Assembly: GCA_964534905.1 (NCBI GenBank)
Contig: CAZHPZ010000002.1
Location: 3,745-67,744, forward strand
Source: an uncultured Lachnospiraceae bacterium
Lineage (GTDB): Bacteria; Bacillota; Clostridia; Oscillospirales; CAG-272
Reading direction: 5' to 3'
DNA: 64,000 nt
The notes under the pieces were generated by a model, which had not been told where the DNA came from, did not search any database, and worked only from the letters and a program-made list of their open reading frames with translations. Position 1 is the stretch's first letter. Each line of letters begins with the position of its first letter. Positions 55,036 through 63,518 of the stretch are shown here, piece after piece. Made by a program: the position numbers and the translations under genes.

Positions 55036-55471
55036 TGGCTTGCTCCTCCTCTGCATTCGTCAAGTTCGCGCTTGACGTACCGCAATTCAGATCTTTAATA
55101 AAAACTTTTTTTTCATCAAAATCGGAAATTCGATTAATGATAAGTTCACCATTTTCATTAATAGTATATTTGATTAAATATTTAGCGTTCTTTAAATCGC
55201 CTGAATCGCTTGAATCGCTTATTTGTATAATGTTAAAGTCGGAGCCAAGGTATTTTGTATTTTTCTCATCGTTAAAATGCTTAACTCCGTACATCTCCCA
55301 TTCGTACTTTAAGTCGTAGCACACCATTTCGAGACGAACGTACTCCTCCTGCCTTACGGTAACTCTCTTCATTCCGAGAAACGAAGAAAAAAGTGCAAGT
55401 GAAATGATTGTGAATACCGCAATCGAAACTATTACCTCAACAAGCGTAAGTCCTTTTTGGCTTTTTTTCAT
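55022..55471 (-). CDS. pseudopilin/minor pilin with a prepilin N-terminal methylation domain
   Basis: MKKSQKG|LTLVEVIVSIAVFTIISLALFSSF has G-1, L+1 and E+5. Confidence 0.8.
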   Translation of the reverse strand: MKKSQKGLTLVEVIVSIAVFTIISLALFSSFLGMKRVTVRQEEYVRLEMVCYDLKYEWEMYGVKHFNDEKNTKYLGSDFNIIQISDSSDSGDLKNAKYLIKYTINENGELIINRISDFDEKKVFIKDLNCGTSSANLTNAEEEQANEKK

Positions 55472-55515
55472 AGTAATCTACACTCGACCTCGCAAGGCTC
55501 CTTTCTAAAAAGTTA

Positions 55516-56727
55516 TCAGGATTTGGGCACCAAGCCTCTCTCCGACGCAAGATCGTCAAGAAGCTCGTATGCTCCCTCGTATCTGAACGCCGTTGCTATT
55601 CTATAAAGGCAGGGCGTGGTATCAAATCCGCGACGCTTTGTAAGTGCGCACGGATAACGTGAGCTGATATATTTTTTGGGATTCAGGGGCAGATACAGCA
55701 TTACTCTCGAATCTCTGATATCCATTTTGGCGTAAATATCGGAATCAATGTGAAAGACCGCGCATTGCTCGGTAACTCGACACTTCATACCCGTATAATT
55801 AAGGAGAGTCTTTGAAAGTGCGTCATATCTCGTACGAACGACCGTTCCCGCGTCTCCGTATCTTTGCGAAAAGAGCGTCTTATCATCATCGTAATTCTCC
55901 GTATCGACCTCAAGTCCGTCCACTGCCTGCGTTGCCGCCTCTGCAGCATCGTGTGAGATTCCCTGCTCCTCAGCCGCATCGGGCTCACCGAGTTTCGGAA
56001 TTCCGATGTCTATCTTCACGAGTCTGTCGGAATTTACACCGTAATGCGTTATTTTAAGCTTTTCAAATTCAAGCTCGTGCTTAGCTGCGACAAGAAAGAA
56101 TTTCTGTCTTATCTCCTCATCACGCTCAAATTCGAAATCGAAGCTTGTAATAAGATTCGAATCGGATACAAGTATCAAGCTACAGCAGTTAGACTTAATG
56201 TCAAAATACACATAGCAACCGTCGTTATCCAGCGATTCAAAGAGATACATTCCGTAAATTTTGAGTTCAACAAGATCCGTTGAAAGCTGTTTTGCAATGC
56301 TTGCAAAGGAATCAACTATCGCATTCGGTACAAAGTATGTATTATATGTATATCCAACGCCGCGTTTGTAAGAATTTGTGACCGTAAGATATTTATCCTT
56401 ATCAAATCGTGATTTTATTTCCTTGGAATACAAATATCCAGCATAAATCGACTGCTTGGTCGGTATTGAAACAGTATTTTTATACACCTCTCTGCATCTT
56501 AAGAGAAGCATTATAGACGGCATTTTGGATATGCCGAGTTTAGTCATTTCAAATTTTATTCTTTCAACAAGCGGTTCGGTATGTACGATAACCCCGTCAT
56601 TAACGAGATAATCCTCGAGAGCTATTGTAAACTCCTTTACCTGCTCACTCTTCTTTTCGGGAAAAGATATTTTAAGATATCCCTTGCCGAAATTACAATA
56701 TTCAAAAATGCACTGACTGCGAGCCAT
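55516..56727 (-). CDS. pilus-operon protein with a divergent PilM-like N-terminal region (~235 aa), an acidic linker and an unrecognised ~120-aa C-terminal domain
   Basis: ALEDYLVNDGVIVHTEPLVERIKFEMTKLGISKMPSIMLLLRCREVYKNTVSIP follows the PilM pattern (lP.g.i.dG.I.d...l...lk..l...gi..k.v...l....v..r.i.lP). YVYFDIKSNCCSLILVSDSNLI resembles the second actin-fold lobe. The usual N-terminal DxGxxxxK ATP motif is not visible. The C-terminal domain (RYDALSKTLLNY...RVMLYLPLNPKKY...AYELLDDL) is unassigned. No TM segment is present. Confidence 0.55.
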   Translation of the reverse strand: MARSQCIFEYCNFGKGYLKISFPEKKSEQVKEFTIALEDYLVNDGVIVHTEPLVERIKFEMTKLGISKMPSIMLLLRCREVYKNTVSIPTKQSIYAGYLYSKEIKSRFDKDKYLTVTNSYKRGVGYTYNTYFVPNAIVDSFASIAKQLSTDLVELKIYGMYLFESLDNDGCYVYFDIKSNCCSLILVSDSNLITSFDFEFERDEEIRQKFFLVAAKHELEFEKLKITHYGVNSDRLVKIDIGIPKLGEPDAAEEQGISHDAAEAATQAVDGLEVDTENYDDDKTLFSQRYGDAGTVVRTRYDALSKTLLNYTGMKCRVTEQCAVFHIDSDIYAKMDIRDSRVMLYLPLNPKKYISSRYPCALTKRRGFDTTPCLYRIATAFRYEGAYELLDDLASERGLVPKS

Positions 56728-57176
56728 TATTCTCCTCCGTTTTCTGCCGATAGAATTTCTTGCGATGAAATTCCAAGCGTAAATACATATTCCGCGTTTT
56801 CGTATTCTAACTTACACTTTACAAAATAAAGTTCTGTATCTGTATCTTTGCCTTTTTTTGTGTATATCTTAAAATATTTAAGCTGAGTATCGCTGATGAT
56901 AACCTTTGTACCGTTATCCTCATTGACTATATTACCGTTTTCAAGTTTAACCGCAGCTAATTTTTTATTTATTTCATCTTTATTTGCATCCTTAACCAGG
57001 CCTCGAAGATATGTCTCGATATTTTGAACCTCCATAAGCTCCTCGGACTTGTGTATAAGATCACCCGACGAAGTTGCAATAAAAACAAAGGTCGTGCCTA
57101 TGGCAGTCATAATTATTGCGGATATCGCAATAACGACAAGAACCTCAACCAGGGTAAATCCACGTTTTTTTGTCAT
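56727..57176 (-). CDS. pilin/pseudopilin with a prepilin N-terminal methylation domain, first gene of the operon
   Basis: MTKKRG|FTLVEVLVVIAISAIIMTAIGTTFVFI has G-1, F+1 and E+5. GAGGAGG is present. Its stop overlaps the next start (TAATG). Confidence 0.85.
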   Translation of the reverse strand: MTKKRGFTLVEVLVVIAISAIIMTAIGTTFVFIATSSGDLIHKSEELMEVQNIETYLRGLVKDANKDEINKKLAAVKLENGNIVNEDNGTKVIISDTQLKYFKIYTKKGKDTDTELYFVKCKLEYENAEYVFTLGISSQEILSAENGGE

Positions 57177-57272
57177 AGGTCAGCCTCCTCTCAATCAAAT
57201 ACGGATAAAAACAAGTACGGCGAGGAGATGACACGGTCATCACCTCGCTGATACCTATTGTTTATCTAATTT

Positions 57273-57301
57273 ATTATAACACCACAAGCACGCATTGTCA
57301 A
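57273..57301 (-). promoter_or_regulatory. perfect consensus sigma-A promoter (TTGACA-17-TATAAT) for the pilus operon
   Basis: The reverse complement of 57273-57301 is TTGACA atgcgtgcttgtggtgt TATAAT. It implies a ~90-nt leader before ATG 57176. Confidence 0.65.
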
Positions 57302-57413
57302 TACTTTTTTCACTCCGTCTTAGAGCGTAATTCTATCTTTTTTACATTTTATTAACATCAAAATCAATGATATCGGGGCGACTCGTACAATACCGAGCCG
57401 CCCCCAACCTCAA

Positions 57414-57821
57414 TCAGGTTCTTTTATCGAATTTTTCGCCGCATTTAACGCAGGTCAATGTAATCTTACCTTTACCCTTAGGTACCCTGAGCCATGTTTT
57501 ACATTTCGGGCAACGGTAAAATCTATGTGTTTTTCTCTGCTGCCATCTTGTTTTGCTCATTTTAACGGCGCTGAGATATTTTCTGTTCTCACTTACCCGT
57601 TTATAAATATTTTTCGAAAGAATGCGGAACCAGGCATAGCCTAAAAGCGCATACGTGATGATACAAAAGATTATTTTAACTACGCCTCTCGGGCAAAATC
57701 CGTAAATAAGGAACGTCACTATCGAAGCGATAACGGAAATCTTGGCAAGATTGTCAAATCCGTTTCTGCCATAGAAAAACATTCTTATCTTTCCTGATAA
57801 TTTACTGAAAAAATTTCGCAT
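57414..57821 (-). CDS. small membrane protein (two TM) with a C-terminal zinc ribbon
   Basis: FYRCPKCKTWLRVPKGKGKITLTCVKCGEKF has CxxC-x16-CxxC. GGAG is present. It starts 12 nt after the ABC gene stop. Confidence 0.65.
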   Translation of the reverse strand: MRNFFSKLSGKIRMFFYGRNGFDNLAKISVIASIVTFLIYGFCPRGVVKIIFCIITYALLGYAWFRILSKNIYKRVSENRKYLSAVKMSKTRWQQRKTHRFYRCPKCKTWLRVPKGKGKITLTCVKCGEKFDKRT

Positions 57822-57833
57822 TGTTATCTCCTA

Positions 57834-60479
57834 TTACTCCGAACGAAGTGCTATTACGGGATCCTTCTTGGAAGCCGTTTTTGCCGGGAACAATCCGGCG
57901 ATAAATGTCAGCGCCATACTGATAAGAACAAGTATAACGGCCGGTGCGATCTCAAGAACAGCCTTAAGCTCGGCAATTCCCGTAAGTGAGTAAAGTATGA
58001 TATTTATTATCACTATAAGCCCGAGCGAGCAAACGATACCTATCATACCGGAGACGAAGCCCACGAACAGCGTTTCCGCATTGAAAACACGTCCTATATC
58101 ACGCTTGGATGCACCGATAGCGCGCAGTATTCCGATTTCTTTTGTACGTTCAAGAACCGAGATATACGTGATAATTCCTATCATTATCGAGGAAACGACA
58201 AGGGATATCGCAACGAATGCGATAAGCACGTACGAAATCGCATCTACAATGGTTGTAACGGAATTCATAAGAATCGCAACGGTATCGGTATATGTGATCT
58301 TATCGTCATCGTCACTCTGCATATTATTGTACTGCTCGATCAGTGCGGCTACCTTTTCCTTAGCCTCGAAATCCTTGGGATAAATCGATATCGCCGTCGG
58401 ATTGCTCATATCAATGTATCCGAGACGCTCAAGGTTTCCGCTGTACGTGTTTTCGGTTACTCTGTCCTTATTAACGTATTCGAGTATCTTGTTTATTATG
58501 ACAGTCGCCGTATCCGACGGATATTTATCGAGGATATCCTTAACAAACGGAATATCGTCTATCGTAAGTCCCATGGAATCGAATCTGATTCCGGTGAACA
58601 TATCCACCTCGTTATTAGACATCTGTGCCCTAACTACATCGCTTTTATTCCCGTTTGAAATAACCGTTTCACGAAGGTCGGACATATATCCTATCGTACC
58701 TATATTCGACATTGCCATAGAATCGTTCTCGGGACGCACTATACCTACTATTTTAAGACCGAGAGCATTTTCAAGACGTTCGTTAAGTATAGCCTGATCC
58801 TCTTCATTGCTTGTGTCAAGCTCTCTTATCTTATCGTCCTCAAGCACAAAATGATCGCTGTCAAGAAGTATCTTGAACTCAAAATCGTATATTTCGTCAA
58901 AGGTATAGCTCGTAGACTCTATAACATAGGTATTTTCCTTACCCGTAAGATATGATTCCATTGCATGCTTCATATATTCCTCAAGCTCCGCCGCATCGCG
59001 TATGCCGAGAATATAGAGAGAATAGTCGGATATCTGATTACTCTCGTTAACTATCAAAACTATCTCGTTCTGATTTTCGGGATATCTTCCGTCAACAAGC
59101 GTGTAATCCTTAGCAATGGCTTCTGTATTTCCCGTCAACTCAGTCCAACCTGTAACGCTGCCCATAGTACCCATCATAGAGCTCATATACTTAACCATTT
59201 CCATGGACTGTCCTGTCATTCCCATATTAGAGAACAGATCGGTCATTCCCTTTGAGCTGTTTTTATACGTACCGTCATCCTGACGGAGATAGGTGTTCAA
59301 TTCTAACGGATACGAATATTTGATATCAGTACAATATTCATAAAATTCCGGAGTCGATTCTATATATTTTTTGAATTTTGCAAGGTCGTTTTTGGATACA
59401 GACGTTGTCATACTCGTCATAAGAGATGTCATTATATCACTCGAATAGACCTTATTGGGATCCTTTGGAGCAGACGAGCCCGAGCTTTGCATCAAGGAAG
59501 CCATCATTGACGATGTATCCATAGAGCTTTGCTGAATCTGTATCGGATAAGACGACATTGTGCTTTCCTCTATCGACTTTATATATGCGTTAACGCCTGT
59601 CGATACCGATAAAATGAGTGCGATACCGATAATACCTATCGAGCCGGCAAAGGAAGTAAGGAATGTTCTTCCCTTTTTGGTCATAAGGTTATTAAACGAA
59701 AGTGAGAGAGCCGTAAAGAACGACATAGAGGACTTTTTCCTCTTTCTCGCATTTTCACGCTTTATCTGAACCTCGGTCTTTTCGACATACTCCACCTTAC
59801 CGTCAAAGGGATCGGTATCGTCGACAAGATTTCCGTCACGCAGGCGTATTATTCTCGTCGAATATTGCTCCGCGAGCTCGGGATTGTGAGTTACCATTAC
59901 AACAAGGCGATCCTTAGCAATCTCCTTGAGAAGCTCCATTACCTGAACACTCGTCTCGGAGTCAAGCGCACCCGTAGGCTCGTCGGCAAGCAAAATATCG
60001 GGATTGTTTATCAAGGCTCTCGCAATCGCAACTCTCTGCATCTGACCGCCCGAAAGCTGATTGGGACGCTTGTGTATGTGGTTTTTAAGTCCGACCTTAT
60101 CGAGTGCCGCAATGGCTCTCTTTTTTCTTTCATTCTTCGATATACCGCTGAGAGTCAAGGCAAGCTCAACATTCGAGAGTATCGTCTGGTGAGGAATGAG
60201 GTTATAGTTCTGGAAGATAAAGCCTATCGAGTGGTTTCTGTATGTATCCCAATCGCTGTCCTTGTAGTCACGCGTGGATACACCGTTGATAACAAGGTCT
60301 CCGCTTGTATACTGATCGAGACCGCCGATAATATTGAGCATAGTTGTCTTTCCGCATCCCGACTGACCGAGAATCGAAACAAACTCGCTCTCTCTGAACT
60401 TAAGGCTTATTCCCTTAAGCGCTTCAACGGCATTTTCTCCCTTTCCGTAAGTTTTTTTAATATTAATCAGTTCTAACAT
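57834..60479 (-). CDS. fused ABC ATPase and FtsX/MacB-type permease with a large extracytoplasmic domain
   Basis: Walker A is GQSGCGKTT, the signature is LSGGQMQR and Walker B is ILLADEPTGALD. A TM segment is followed by a ~400-aa loop and a C-terminal FtsX 3-TM bundle. Confidence 0.9.
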   Translation of the reverse strand: MLELINIKKTYGKGENAVEALKGISLKFRESEFVSILGQSGCGKTTMLNIIGGLDQYTSGDLVINGVSTRDYKDSDWDTYRNHSIGFIFQNYNLIPHQTILSNVELALTLSGISKNERKKRAIAALDKVGLKNHIHKRPNQLSGGQMQRVAIARALINNPDILLADEPTGALDSETSVQVMELLKEIAKDRLVVMVTHNPELAEQYSTRIIRLRDGNLVDDTDPFDGKVEYVEKTEVQIKRENARKRKKSSMSFFTALSLSFNNLMTKKGRTFLTSFAGSIGIIGIALILSVSTGVNAYIKSIEESTMSSYPIQIQQSSMDTSSMMASLMQSSGSSAPKDPNKVYSSDIMTSLMTSMTTSVSKNDLAKFKKYIESTPEFYEYCTDIKYSYPLELNTYLRQDDGTYKNSSKGMTDLFSNMGMTGQSMEMVKYMSSMMGTMGSVTGWTELTGNTEAIAKDYTLVDGRYPENQNEIVLIVNESNQISDYSLYILGIRDAAELEEYMKHAMESYLTGKENTYVIESTSYTFDEIYDFEFKILLDSDHFVLEDDKIRELDTSNEEDQAILNERLENALGLKIVGIVRPENDSMAMSNIGTIGYMSDLRETVISNGNKSDVVRAQMSNNEVDMFTGIRFDSMGLTIDDIPFVKDILDKYPSDTATVIINKILEYVNKDRVTENTYSGNLERLGYIDMSNPTAISIYPKDFEAKEKVAALIEQYNNMQSDDDDKITYTDTVAILMNSVTTIVDAISYVLIAFVAISLVVSSIMIGIITYISVLERTKEIGILRAIGASKRDIGRVFNAETLFVGFVSGMIGIVCSLGLIVIINIILYSLTGIAELKAVLEIAPAVILVLISMALTFIAGLFPAKTASKKDPVIALRSE

Positions 60480-60663
60480 TAATTCACCTGCTTTTAATTC
60501 GTCTGATTTCTTTTCGCTTATATTTTACCATTATTTTGTTTGTTATGCAATAGCATAAAACGATTTTATCCTATATTATGTTACAACTTCAACCTTAAAA
60601 ATTCCTTAAAATGTTCAATTTGTAAAAAACGAATATTATAATTTTGTCATAAGTGACAAAAAT

Positions 60664-60713
60664 AACAATATATTGATTTTTCTCTTGACTTGGACACTAT
60701 ATATAGTTATAAT
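60664..60713 (+). promoter_or_regulatory. nrdD promoter (TTGACT-17-TATAAT) overlapped by two NrdR-box-like palindromes
   Basis: Box 1 is CAATATATTG (60666-60675). Box 2 is ACTATATATAGT (60696-60707) within ACACTATATATAGT. The centres are 31 bp apart. The -35 is at 60685-60690 and the -10 at 60708-60713. Confidence 0.6.
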
Positions 60714-60772
60714 TAATGTGTCGAATTTTATCATCGTTATATATAAATTTCAAGAAAAACAAGGAGGAAAAT

Positions 60773-62950
60773 ATGAAAATAATCAAAAGAAACGGCTCCG
60801 AAGCAGTATTTGACGCCAACAAAATAGTAATTGCCATATCCAAGGCAAACTCAAGCGTTGTTCCGAGCGAAAGAATGAGTGAAGAGCAAATCAGCAAAAT
60901 AGCAAGGGACGTCGAGGACGCCGCAGCTAATATGAACCGTTCGATGAACGTTGAGGAAATACAGGATATGGTCGAGGATCAAATCATGAATCAACGTGCT
61001 TTTGAAGTGGCAAGAAGATACATTACATACAGATACAACCGTGCTCTCATAAGAAAGTCAAACACCACCGACGAACAGATCCTCAGCCTCATAGAATGCA
61101 ACAACGAGGAGGTAAAGCAAGAAAATTCAAACAAAAATCCCACTGTTAACAGTGTACAGCGCGATTATATGGCAGGAGAGGTCAGCAAGGATATCACGAA
61201 GAGAATATTGCTTCCCTCAGATATAGTCGAAGCACATGAAAAGGGCTTGATTCATTTTCACGATTCGGATTATTTTGCACAGCATATGCACAACTGCGAC
61301 CTTGTAAATCTTGAGGATATGCTTCAGAACGGAACAGTTATCAGCGGAACTATGATCGAAAAGCCTCACAGCTTTTCCACCGCATGCAATATCGCAACGC
61401 AAATAATAGCGCAGGTCGCATCATGTCAATATGGCGGTCAGTCGATAAGCCTGGCTCACTTGGCACCGTTCGTTGACGTCAGCCGCAAGAAAATACGCAT
61501 GAGAGTAGAGGAAGAGCTGAGGGAGATTTGCGCCGACGTTACGGAAGAAAAGATAGACAAAATTACAGAGGAGCGTCTGCTTTCGGAGATAAGAAGCGGA
61601 GTTCAGACTATACAGTATCAGGTTGTAACTCTTATGACTACAAACGGACAAGCTCCCTTCGTTACGGTATTTATGTATCTCAACGAGGCAAAGAACGAAC
61701 GTGAGCGTGCGGATCTTGCACTCATAATCGAGGAGACCTTGAAGCAAAGATATAAGGGCGTTAAAAACGAGCAGGGCGTATGGGTAACGCCCGCCTTTCC
61801 GAAGCTCATTTACGTTCTTGAGGAAAACAATATACATAAGGACAGCCCGTACTACTATCTTACCGAGCTTGCCGCCAAATGCACGGCAAAGCGAATGGTT
61901 CCCGACTATATCTCCGAAAAAATAATGCTTGCGAGCAAAATCGACAAAAACGGAGAGGGTCATTGCTATACCTGTATGGGATGCAGGAGCTTCCTTACGC
62001 CTTATGTGGATGAGAACGGCAAGTCCAAATATTACGGAAGATTCAATCAAGGCGTCGTAACCGTAAATCTTATTGATATCGCACTCTCCGCAGAGGGAAA
62101 TATCGATAAATTCTGGGAAATATTCGACGAGAGAATGGAGCTTTGCCACAGAGCTCTTATGTGCCGCCATGAGCGTCTTGAGGGTACACTGTCCGACGCT
62201 GCGCCGATCCTTTGGCAGCACGGTGCTCTTCTCCGCCTTAAAAAGGGCGAGAAGATAGACAAATATCTTCACGGAGGATATTCCACTCTTTCTCTCGGAT
62301 ATGCCGGACTTTGGGAATGCGTTTTCGCACTCAACGGCAAAAAGCTTACCGAGCCCGAGGGTGAAGCTCTCGGACTTGAAATAATGGAAAAGCTTAACGA
62401 ATATACAAGCAAGTGGAAAACGGACGAAAATATCGACTATTCCCTTTACGGTACTCCGCTTGAGAGCACGACGTACAAATTTGCAAAATGTCTGCAAAAA
62501 AGATTCGGTATCATTCCCGGCGTTACCGACAAATCCTATATAACAAACAGCTATCATGTACACGTTACGGAAGAAATAGACGCATTTTCAAAGCTTTCTC
62601 TCGAAGCAAAATTCCAAGCTCTCTCACCCGGAGGCGCAATATCCTACGTAGAGGTTCCGAATATGCAAAGCAATATCGACGCCGTTCTTTCCGTTATGAA
62701 ATTCATATACAATAATATTATGTATGCCGAGCTTAACACAAAGAGTGATTATTGCCAGAAGTGCGGCTTCGACGGTGAGATAGAAATTGTTGAGGACAAG
62801 GACGGAAAGCTCATTTGGAGATGCCCGAATTGTCACAACGAGGACCAAAGCACTATGAATGTCGCCCGCAGAACATGCGGTTACATCGGCACTCAGTATT
62901 GGAATCAGGGCAGAACACAGGAAATAAAGGAAAGAGTTCTTCATCTGTAA
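60773..62950 (+). CDS. nrdD: anaerobic ribonucleoside-triphosphate reductase (class III)
   Basis: The N-terminal ATP-cone is KIIKRNGSEAVFDANKI. A C-terminal Zn ribbon (CQKCGF...CPNCHN) and glycyl-radical motif (RRTCGYIG) are present. AAGGAGG lies upstream of ATG 60773. Confidence 0.95.
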   Translation: MKIIKRNGSEAVFDANKIVIAISKANSSVVPSERMSEEQISKIARDVEDAAANMNRSMNVEEIQDMVEDQIMNQRAFEVARRYITYRYNRALIRKSNTTDEQILSLIECNNEEVKQENSNKNPTVNSVQRDYMAGEVSKDITKRILLPSDIVEAHEKGLIHFHDSDYFAQHMHNCDLVNLEDMLQNGTVISGTMIEKPHSFSTACNIATQIIAQVASCQYGGQSISLAHLAPFVDVSRKKIRMRVEEELREICADVTEEKIDKITEERLLSEIRSGVQTIQYQVVTLMTTNGQAPFVTVFMYLNEAKNERERADLALIIEETLKQRYKGVKNEQGVWVTPAFPKLIYVLEENNIHKDSPYYYLTELAAKCTAKRMVPDYISEKIMLASKIDKNGEGHCYTCMGCRSFLTPYVDENGKSKYYGRFNQGVVTVNLIDIALSAEGNIDKFWEIFDERMELCHRALMCRHERLEGTLSDAAPILWQHGALLRLKKGEKIDKYLHGGYSTLSLGYAGLWECVFALNGKKLTEPEGEALGLEIMEKLNEYTSKWKTDENIDYSLYGTPLESTTYKFAKCLQKRFGIIPGVTDKSYITNSYHVHVTEEIDAFSKLSLEAKFQALSPGGAISYVEVPNMQSNIDAVLSVMKFIYNNIMYAELNTKSDYCQKCGFDGEIEIVEDKDGKLIWRCPNCHNEDQSTMNVARRTCGYIGTQYWNQGRTQEIKERVLHL

Positions 62951-62969
62951 GAGCTTGACGGAATATTTT

Positions 62970-63518
62970 ATGAACTATGCATTGATACGTGAAAATGACA
63001 TTGCAAACGGCAAGGGCGTCCGAACAACCCTCTTTGTAAGCGGATGCAGGCATCATTGCAAGGGATGCTTCAACCCCGAGGCTTGGGATTTCTCATACGG
63101 AAGCCCATTCGGGGAAGCGGAAATTTTAAGAATAATCGAAGCAAGCAAGCCCGACTACATAGACGGCCTGACGCTTCTCGGAGGAGAGCCGTTTGAGCCG
63201 GAGAACCGAGAAGCCCTTGCCCGTCTTCTCGAACGCTTTCACACAAGCCTACCAAGCAAGAGCGTTTGGTGCTACACCGGATTTTCCTTTTCGGAGCATC
63301 TTCTTCCGTTGGCGCTTGACGGCGATGAGAGCATTATGAGTATGCTGAAGTATATCGATGTGCTTGTCGACGGCAAATTTGTGGAAGAATTAAAAAGCTA
63401 TGCCCTTATATTCAGAGGCTCTTCAAATCAAAATATAATCGACGTAAAAGCCTCACTTAATAACAAAAAGCCAATTTTGCTCGACGGAGTATGGGAAAGG
63501 CACGGAGAAAAAATATGA
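62970..63518 (+). CDS. nrdG: anaerobic ribonucleotide reductase activating protein (radical SAM)
   Basis: DIANGKGVRTTLFVSGCRHHCKGCFNPE carries the CxxxCxxC cluster motif. LLGGEPF is present. Confidence 0.9.
   Translation: MNYALIRENDIANGKGVRTTLFVSGCRHHCKGCFNPEAWDFSYGSPFGEAEILRIIEASKPDYIDGLTLLGGEPFEPENREALARLLERFHTSLPSKSVWCYTGFSFSEHLLPLALDGDESIMSMLKYIDVLVDGKFVEELKSYALIFRGSSNQNIIDVKASLNNKKPILLDGVWERHGEKI

Noticed and set aside
51139-57413. PilN, PilO, PilT or secretin-like genes in the pilus locus
   Set aside because: No ORF has the PilN/PilO topology with recognisable motifs, there is no second hexameric ATPase, and secretins are not expected in a Gram-positive organism. The 73-aa TM ORF is too short and featureless to call PilN.
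60643-60660. Palindrome TTTGTCA-N4-TGACAAA between the ABC transporter gene and nrdD
   Set aside because: The arms are only 7 bp and lie in very AT-rich DNA. It could be chance, or simply overlapping -35-like hexamers of the divergent promoters.
61421-62563. 380-aa ORF antisense to nrdD
   Set aside because: It lies entirely inside a gene with unmistakable class III RNR motifs. It has no RBS, its composition is typical of a shadow frame, and I recognise no motif in it.
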